Assembly: GCA_963700635.1 (NCBI GenBank)
Contig: CAVOYH010000001.1
Location: 460,681 to 524,680 of the forward strand
From: an uncultured Bacteroidota bacterium
GTDB taxonomy: Bacteria > Bacteroidota > Ignavibacteria > UBA10030 > UBA6906
Direction: 5' to 3'
Length of the DNA stretch: 64,000 nucleotides
Position numbers and translations under genes: made by a program. The notes under the pieces are model-generated. The model was not told the DNA's origin. It did not search any database and saw only the letters and a program-made list of their open reading frames with translations. Shown here in pieces: positions 57,723 to 64,000 of the stretch; the first letter of the stretch is position 1, and every line of letters starts with the position of its first letter.

Positions 57723-59792
57723 TCACCGCAGCAGGAGCATCTTTCGGGTCTGCGTTACTCCCTCCAGACTCAGCCGGTACAGGTACACTCCGCTGGCATA
57801 GGCGCGCGCGTCGAATTCGTGATGGCGTGTACCCGCTTCCTCGACCCTGTCTACGAGCGTCACAACAGCCTCGCCGAGCAGGTTGAACACGGTGAGTGTG
57901 ACGTGCCCCCGTGAAGGGAGTTCATAGCGGATTGTCGTCACGGGGTTGAAGGGATTCGGGTAATTCTGCCATATCCTGAAACGGCGCGGCGTGTTTTCCT
58001 TGCCTGCAGAAAGCACCGGTGTCGTGTTTCTGTAAAAGAAAAGACCGCCCTGGAAACGTCCTGCGATTACGTCCAGGTCCGAGTCCCCGTCCAGGTCACC
58101 CAGGGAAAAGCGGATTCTGTTGTTGGAGCCGGTCTCGATCATTCCGAAGAAGGACTCCACGGGTTCAAATACGGGAGCAAAGCGGGTTCCCGAGTTGCGG
58201 TGGAGGTCCAGATACCCGTCGGAAATGCCGATCAGCAGGTCGAAGTCGCCGTCGTTGTCGATGTCCGCAAACCTGAGTGCCGAATCGTATTTGCGGATCA
58301 CCGCTCCTCCCGCGTCGCGAAGGCTGTCGGACCGGATGCTGAAAGCGGCGCTGTCTGACCTGCCCGTGTTTTCATACCACCGCACCACGTCCGTATTGCC
58401 GGCGGGATCGTACCCGATGCCGAAGAGGTCCAGGTCCCCGTCGCCGTCGATGTCAACCAGGTCGGCGTTTCGGCTGGCGATTGCTACGCCGGCGGAATCT
58501 TTCAACAGGCCGAGCGAATCGAGGACGGGCGCGGCCGGTGTGCCGCTGTTGCCATACAGGAGCAGACCGCCGCTGTTGCTGAGAACCAGATCAAGGAGGC
58601 CGTCGTCGTTCAGGTCGACCCACGTCGGGTTGGCGTCAAAGATCCCGGGGTTTCCGACAAGGTTTCCCGTTTGCCATGTGAACGCCGGGGACTGTGCCGT
58701 GCCGGTGTTCCTGAACAGATGAAGGTCCCCGCCCCCGGTCCCGAGCGTGAGATCGAGCAGGCCGTCCCCGTCAAGATCCGCCAGCGCGGGCGCGGAGTAA
58801 AACCCCACGTCCAGGTATGCGATCACGGGCACGTCAGGGACCCGTTCGAACGCGGGGGGAGTCGGTGAAACGAGGTTGCGGTAGAATGCCGGGATCCCCT
58901 CGTTGTTGCCGAAGAAGAGGTCGCTGTCCATATCGCCGTCGATATCCGCGAGCACCGGAGTCCTGAACCTGAGATCGGCACCGGGGAGATAATTGGCTGA
59001 TTCCACCACGAACTGTGGTGCGGAGCTTGTCCCGGTGTTCCGCACCAGCACGAACAGGTCGTTGCTGCATCCGAGCAGGAGATCGATATCGCCGTCCCCG
59101 TCAAGATCTCCCGGGCCCGGCACGAAGAATATGCCGGGAGGCTTGATAATGGTTCCTGTGGTATTCCGGAGCGTGTCCGCGGCGGCAAACTGGCGGGGAC
59201 CGACGGGTGTGCGGAGAAAGAGATGGACACCGGAGTTGTATTCGCCGACCAGCAGGTCTTTCTCACCGTCCCCGTTCACGTCGGCGAAGGCGGGGGCGGC
59301 CTGGTAGCCTACGTCGATGGAGTCGAAGAAATCCGTTTCGAACGTGAAGGCGGGAGAAAACGCAGTGCCTGTGTTCCGGAACAACAGTATGCGGCCGTTG
59401 TCCTGTCCACCAAAGAGATCGAGATCGTTGTCCCCGTCGATGTCGGTGAGCGCGATGCGGACATTGGAACGGTCGTAGATAGGGGTCCCGACGAGGTCCG
59501 GGGAAGCGAATACGAAATCTCCCGAGGCACCGCCCCCGTCGTTTCTGTACAGCTGGATACGGAAGTCGTTGGTCCCGGTCAGGAGCAGGTCCAGATCGCC
59601 GTCCCCATCTATATCGCCCAGGGCCACGGTGAGAGTATTCAGCCCGCCTATCCAGGGATACTCGAGGACGGCTCCGCGAAAGGACAACGGAACAGAGTCA
59701 TACTCCCGCTGAAACGTCTGTGCCTGCAGGAGTGTTGGGACGGCAACGGTGACGGCGAGAAGCGACAGAAAACCACAGGAGCGCAGCGTCAT
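57723..59792 (-). CDS. Secreted FG-GAP repeat protein with a T9SS-like C-terminal sorting domain
   Basis: About ten repeats of D(I/L)DGDGD.DL..G...G.....RN.GT...P.F; C-terminal QNYPNPFNPVTTI...RKMLLLR. Confidence 0.88.
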   Translation of the reverse strand: MTLRSCGFLSLLAVTVAVPTLLQAQTFQREYDSVPLSFRGAVLEYPWIGGLNTLTVALGDIDGDGDLDLLLTGTNDFRIQLYRNDGGGASGDFVFASPDLVGTPIYDRSNVRIALTDIDGDNDLDLFGGQDNGRILLFRNTGTAFSPAFTFETDFFDSIDVGYQAAPAFADVNGDGEKDLLVGEYNSGVHLFLRTPVGPRQFAAADTLRNTTGTIIKPPGIFFVPGPGDLDGDGDIDLLLGCSNDLFVLVRNTGTSSAPQFVVESANYLPGADLRFRTPVLADIDGDMDSDLFFGNNEGIPAFYRNLVSPTPPAFERVPDVPVIAYLDVGFYSAPALADLDGDGLLDLTLGTGGGDLHLFRNTGTAQSPAFTWQTGNLVGNPGIFDANPTWVDLNDDGLLDLVLSNSGGLLLYGNSGTPAAPVLDSLGLLKDSAGVAIASRNADLVDIDGDGDLDLFGIGYDPAGNTDVVRWYENTGRSDSAAFSIRSDSLRDAGGAVIRKYDSALRFADIDNDGDFDLLIGISDGYLDLHRNSGTRFAPVFEPVESFFGMIETGSNNRIRFSLGDLDGDSDLDVIAGRFQGGLFFYRNTTPVLSAGKENTPRRFRIWQNYPNPFNPVTTIRYELPSRGHVTLTVFNLLGEAVVTLVDRVEEAGTRHHEFDARAYASGVYLYRLSLEGVTQTRKMLLLR

Positions 59793-59899
59793 CAGGACCT
59801 CCTACGAGTATGGTTGGACTGACTGTTTCGCTGTTGTGCCCGGGCTCGTCCCGAACGAAAAGTGAAGAAACCTGCATCAATTTCAGATGCTTTTGTCTG

Positions 59900-59928
59900 T
59901 ATATAGAAACTCCACAACCTAATGTCAA
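59900..59928 (-). promoter_or_regulatory. Putative sigma70 promoter of 57723..59792
   Basis: Minus strand TTGACA-N17-TATATA. Confidence 0.55.
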
Positions 59929-60029
59929 GGGGTTGGATAGGCGATTGGATTTTTTTTCGAAGTAGGGTCCGTGTAGCGTGGTAAGGCATTGGGGGGGTGA
60001 ACGAACATACGTCTCCTGTTGGCCGGTGA

Positions 60030-60290
60030 GGGAGCCGCACGATTTGATTCTCAAATTCCCAGGTGCTTAAGAATCTTGCGAACTATCGGCGGCGGCCCTG
60101 AGCGCCTTCTTTCACAGACCCCGGCTTTTATTGGAGTACCACCCGAAATAGCGAACCAGATGCTGTCCTCTATTGGGGATGTGGTCGGTAATGGCGGTCA
60201 GGACGTCCAAAGGGTCGTGGTGTAGAGCGTCGTCACCGAGCGACGGGTGGCCCGAGGATGACCTGGGTCGATACTGCACCGTACCGTTAT
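60030..60290 (-). mobile_element. IS91-family (Y2) transposase remnant
   Basis: DPLDVLTAITDHIPNRGQHLVRYFGWYSNKSRG, then a stop, then PIVRKILKHLGI* followed by RAAP; these are C-terminal motifs with the intervening part deleted. Confidence 0.7.
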
Positions 60291-60372
60291 CTTGTATGGA
60301 ACAACGGAGAGGAGCCATGAAACGACTTGAAATTGCAGGTGCCGAGATCATGCGTATTGCCATCCAACAGAA

Positions 60373-62037
60373 CTATTTCAATACCATCATTTTTTTAACG
60401 CTTGTAAAATCGGCAGTTTCTAACTTATAGAAATACACACCACTTGTTAAAGTCGAAGCATTAAAACTTACCTGATAATTTCCCGCCCGTACATTTGCAT
60501 GTACAAGTTGAGCAATGTTTTCCCCGAGTAGATTATACACAGCCAAACCTACAAATCCATCTATCGGAACGGAATAGCCGATCACTGTGGTTGGATTGAA
60601 GGGGTTCGGGTAGTTTTGTGCGATAGAGAAATCTGATTGCAGCACATTATCATTGTCAACTTTCGTCGGATACTTTTCAATTTTTCCTTTTCGGGAAAGA
60701 TCTTTTCCGGCAAAACCAGGATAGGAAGGAGAATAGCGGCAAACTCTAAATACAGGATTAAATTCCGGATATTGTCCTTGATTAAGGATTCCGTTACGTG
60801 TAACAGGATTAATGTATTCCCACACTAGAGTTCCTAAACTATCAACCTCAAAGAATTTACCTGCCGGACCCTCACAAATCAAAGTATTACCATTGTGAAG
60901 TCGTTCGGCACCTGAAATGTTTTGTGCGAAAAATAAAGTGGGCGTCAGTGCGGTATATTTCCAAACTAAATCAGTTGGTCCAAATGTGCCAGAAGGTTCT
61001 CTATAATAATTACCATTCACATCAAGTGGGGGCACTATTTCATCAACAGTTGAATAGTTGCCGCCAGGTCTTCCTTGACCATTATTGAATATTAAAATAT
61101 CATTTTCACCCGGCAGCCCACTGCCAATCCAGCGCGAATCGTGTTGGACAAAAAGTTTTTGATCCAACAAGGTTCCTGTATTATAGGACCGGGGATTTCC
61201 CCAACGATAAATTAGATCGCCGCCTTTTCCTCCATTTCCTCCAGTATGACCGGCTGCCTGTAAGGTTGTGGTTGAATGATCGAGTATCCAGATTTCACTA
61301 AAGTTGTGAACGCTTAAGAGTATCTCGTCTCTTTCGGAGTTGTACCGCACTGAATTTATGTGGAGCCAATCTTGATTAATGGACCCAAAATTAAGATTTA
61401 TCAATTCCGGATGATCGGCTATATTCCCATACAGTAATTTTGATGAATCAAAATCTTGGATTACATGATCCCATACATGCCATTCCCATACAATATTGGC
61501 ACCGCTTGTCTCGCTCGGATTAATTTCAATTATCCTTTCGGACCAAATGGAAGAGCCTACATGTGAAGGATTTCTTCCAGCGGCAACGGCTTCATTGTAA
61601 GTTTTGTTCTCCCATACTATTAAAAGTATATTCCCGTTTGGAAGGACCTCAACATCATGATGAGAGGAATATTCTGATGAATAACAATTGAAAGACCAGA
61701 TGAGATTGCCATCCCAATCAATCTTTTCCACCCTTCCGCCTGCACCACCAGCAGTAAATGGGTTTGTATTTTTCACAAAAGCCGTTCTCAGTAAACTACC
61801 ATCCTCTAAAAGCATCACTGCCTGACCTGGTTCATATGAACTGTTCCATGAATGGACAAGATAGCCTTCATTATCAATCAAATAGGTGACTTTAGAGGGA
61901 AGCGGTGCGAACAAAGTATAACCATTAAATGAAGCGGTGGAATCGTGCATAATTAGTCCTACCGTATTGGTTTGGGATTGAGCTAATTCTGCACTGAGCA
62001 TAAAAACAAATAGAACTAATTGTGATAACCTTGTCAT
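60373..62037 (-). CDS. Arylsulfotransferase (ASST)-family protein with a T9SS-like C-terminal domain
   Basis: HHDVEVLPNGN, DWLHINSV, YRWGNP, QHD..W and SGAERL.NGNTLI; C-terminal QNYPNPFNPTT. Confidence 0.85.
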   Translation of the reverse strand: MTRLSQLVLFVFMLSAELAQSQTNTVGLIMHDSTASFNGYTLFAPLPSKVTYLIDNEGYLVHSWNSSYEPGQAVMLLEDGSLLRTAFVKNTNPFTAGGAGGRVEKIDWDGNLIWSFNCYSSEYSSHHDVEVLPNGNILLIVWENKTYNEAVAAGRNPSHVGSSIWSERIIEINPSETSGANIVWEWHVWDHVIQDFDSSKLLYGNIADHPELINLNFGSINQDWLHINSVRYNSERDEILLSVHNFSEIWILDHSTTTLQAAGHTGGNGGKGGDLIYRWGNPRSYNTGTLLDQKLFVQHDSRWIGSGLPGENDILIFNNGQGRPGGNYSTVDEIVPPLDVNGNYYREPSGTFGPTDLVWKYTALTPTLFFAQNISGAERLHNGNTLICEGPAGKFFEVDSLGTLVWEYINPVTRNGILNQGQYPEFNPVFRVCRYSPSYPGFAGKDLSRKGKIEKYPTKVDNDNVLQSDFSIAQNYPNPFNPTTVIGYSVPIDGFVGLAVYNLLGENIAQLVHANVRAGNYQVSFNASTLTSGVYFYKLETADFTSVKKMMVLK

Positions 62038-62055
62038 TGAACTTCCTACGTAGTG

Positions 62056-63621
62056 CTATTGTAATAACATCATTGTGATTGTCTTTGACATATTGTCTAT
62101 GTGTAGTGTGGTGAAGTACACGCCACTAGATAAATGACTCGCATCGAATAACACTTCAGAATTACCGGGCAAGTGTTGTTCGTTGACCAATGTTGCAACC
62201 TCGTTGCCGAGTATGTCATAGACTTTTAATGTTACCTGTTGTGGAACAGCAATGTGTGTGTTCTTTACAGCTGGAATTGTAAAACTGATTATTGTACTTG
62301 GATTAAATGGATTAGGATAATTCTGGTTCAATCTAAAATCATTGGGCTCGCTTTTAACATCCTTGATATCTGTTGTCATCCCATCCCTCACCAAACGTAC
62401 ATAATTGTATATGCGGACAGCGTCACCCTGCGGTCCAAAACCAAAGGGATAATTTGCAGGATCACCAGTTTTAGGATCGCTTCGTTGAGCCCCTGCACCA
62501 TGTACATCAATCCAACCTCCATATATAGACATATAACCCATTGCTCTTCCGAAAGATAAATAGCAGGCATGAGTACCATTGGTTGGTGTCTGTGAACAGA
62601 AAGTAGTGTTACTCCAATAGAAACCATAATCTGTATTACCGGCTTCATTCGTAATCTGGGTACAGTTAAATATTGGATGTATTGCAGCTGAATGTGTTGT
62701 TTCAGGTGAACGAGAATAATCGATGATACTTTGCAGTTCCTTGGCATCTGGCAAACGCCAGTCTGAATAACCTGCGTATGAAAAAGTCTCAGCATAACTG
62801 AGTGCATTTTCCCATAATACGCCTGACCCGTTATCGTTCTGCATCCACATCAAACCAGTTGCGTTATCGGTAATTGTTCCGTCACCATTATTCGCAAAAC
62901 TATTGGTTCCGTATGCTGTATTGCTACGACAATAAAGCACATAATACTTTTTCTGGTTACCTGAGGGATATCCTTTTATGCGTCCGTCGGCAAAAGTTAC
63001 CCCAAACATGGTTGGTTGTCCGTTCATCGTTGTAGAAACATAGATTGAAGAGGTGGCATATTGAGCATCAATAAGACGTTCATTAGCAGTGGCTCCATGA
63101 TCACTTGCATTAAGATCTCCATACCCGAAACCAAAGTAATGAGTATTAATATAAGGTACCGCAGTACCCTGTGATGTAGCGGTGGGGTTTGGTTCAGCAC
63201 CATAGTACATTATTAATGAGTACAGTTCTTTAATGGTGGGTAGTCTCCAGTCAACATAACCACCGGTATTACAAGACGATACTGCTGCAAGAGCACCCGC
63301 ATAGGTCAGTTTATCGTAATAATTAATAACCCCGTCACCAGTCCTATCGGATGTCTTTTGCCACATTAAACCTGAAACATTATCTGTGATCGTGCCGTTG
63401 CCGTTGTCTGTATAAGAGGGAGTGTTACCGGAATGATTTGTGTTCTGACCGTAGAACGGTTGCCCAACTGTTGGTGCAGAGATTATTCCTGAGTTATTGT
63501 ACGAATTGGTTTGACCTGTACCTACAATTGGATAAGCCATACTTTGACAAAAGACATAATGATTTGCCAGTAAGTACAGTAACAATGTAATTATGATCTG
63601 TGTGATCGATATGTTCTTCAT
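62056..63621 (-). CDS. Tandem DUF1566 (Lcl C-terminal) protein with a T9SS-like C-terminal domain
   Basis: Two DNG.GTITDN..GLMW.....DWRLP..KEL.S repeats; C-terminal QNYPNPFNPST. Confidence 0.85.
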   Translation of the reverse strand: MKNISITQIIITLLLYLLANHYVFCQSMAYPIVGTGQTNSYNNSGIISAPTVGQPFYGQNTNHSGNTPSYTDNGNGTITDNVSGLMWQKTSDRTGDGVINYYDKLTYAGALAAVSSCNTGGYVDWRLPTIKELYSLIMYYGAEPNPTATSQGTAVPYINTHYFGFGYGDLNASDHGATANERLIDAQYATSSIYVSTTMNGQPTMFGVTFADGRIKGYPSGNQKKYYVLYCRSNTAYGTNSFANNGDGTITDNATGLMWMQNDNGSGVLWENALSYAETFSYAGYSDWRLPDAKELQSIIDYSRSPETTHSAAIHPIFNCTQITNEAGNTDYGFYWSNTTFCSQTPTNGTHACYLSFGRAMGYMSIYGGWIDVHGAGAQRSDPKTGDPANYPFGFGPQGDAVRIYNYVRLVRDGMTTDIKDVKSEPNDFRLNQNYPNPFNPSTIISFTIPAVKNTHIAVPQQVTLKVYDILGNEVATLVNEQHLPGNSEVLFDASHLSSGVYFTTLHIDNMSKTITMMLLQ

Positions 63622-63728
63622 TGTTCTCTCAACTTGTCGGTTCTTCTTTAGGATTTAGACAAATTACAATACGTAATAGTTTAACTGATGTTTTGCAGTT
63701 AATTACTGAGAGAAAGGTTTTGATAATG

Positions 63729-64000
63729 TCACATTGATAAATAATGTTTGATTAAATAGTTCACGCTGAAAAAGTGCTCTACGATAACCCGAAGTTTGTC
63801 GGGACAAACCAATGGGGAAACCAGATAGACTTTGTCGAAAAGCTGAGCCCACGTGCGTCGGCAAGCTCTGCGGTAGGGAGTGTCGCCGGAACCTTGAGCG
63901 GAAGCCTGGAATGGATTGTCCAAAATAGCCGGTATGTTTTGAGCTGTAGTGCCGGCGGCGGCCAGCCAGTCGGCGAAGGCGGAATTCTGGGCAGTATTCG
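63729..64000 (-). mobile_element. Second IS91-family transposase remnant, running off the window edge
   Basis: RRACRRTWAQLFDKVYLVSPLVCP resembles W..LI.KVYE.DPL.CP; upstream A.ADWLAA; sequence becomes GC-richer here. Confidence 0.55.

Overview
A mostly GC-rich bacterial chromosome segment. Four secreted proteins end in 'QNYPNPFNP.T.I' sorting domains, which suggests an Ignavibacteria/Bacteroidota-like (FCB) organism; this is inference. In order, the window holds: a TPR gene end; a MATE transporter plus an RsbU/V/W-type partner-switching cluster; a tyrosine-recombinase-like gene with a degenerate active site overlapping leuS; an LPS-type block (two GT2 enzymes, MsbA-like ABC exporter, O-antigen ligase), DUF1844 and nadK; tRNA-Ala(GGC); a YyaL-type protein, MFS transporter, arfB and a TonB receptor; a full hisZGDCBHAF(IE) operon with an unannotated His5 leader-peptide attenuator; AlkD-like, epimerase and GH38 genes; the 37.6-48.3 kb locus described below; then csp, a C69 dipeptidase, ric, DUF6448, pirin, FG-GAP proteins, and two AT-rich islets bounded by pseudogene or IS remnants. 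The strongest candidate for an undescribed system is at 37.6-48.3 kb. A sigma54 promoter precedes a qrcABCD-like quinone-reductase operon bracketed by a small membrane protein and two Cys-rich GcvH-fold proteins without a lipoylation motif. All three accessory proteins share a C-terminal G-x2-3-(M/L)ADGG motif. Facing them is a convergent operon in which an archaemetzincin protease is translationally coupled between a heme-c-motif sensor kinase and a sigma54 response regulator. All calls come from motif recognition by eye; no database searches were run.
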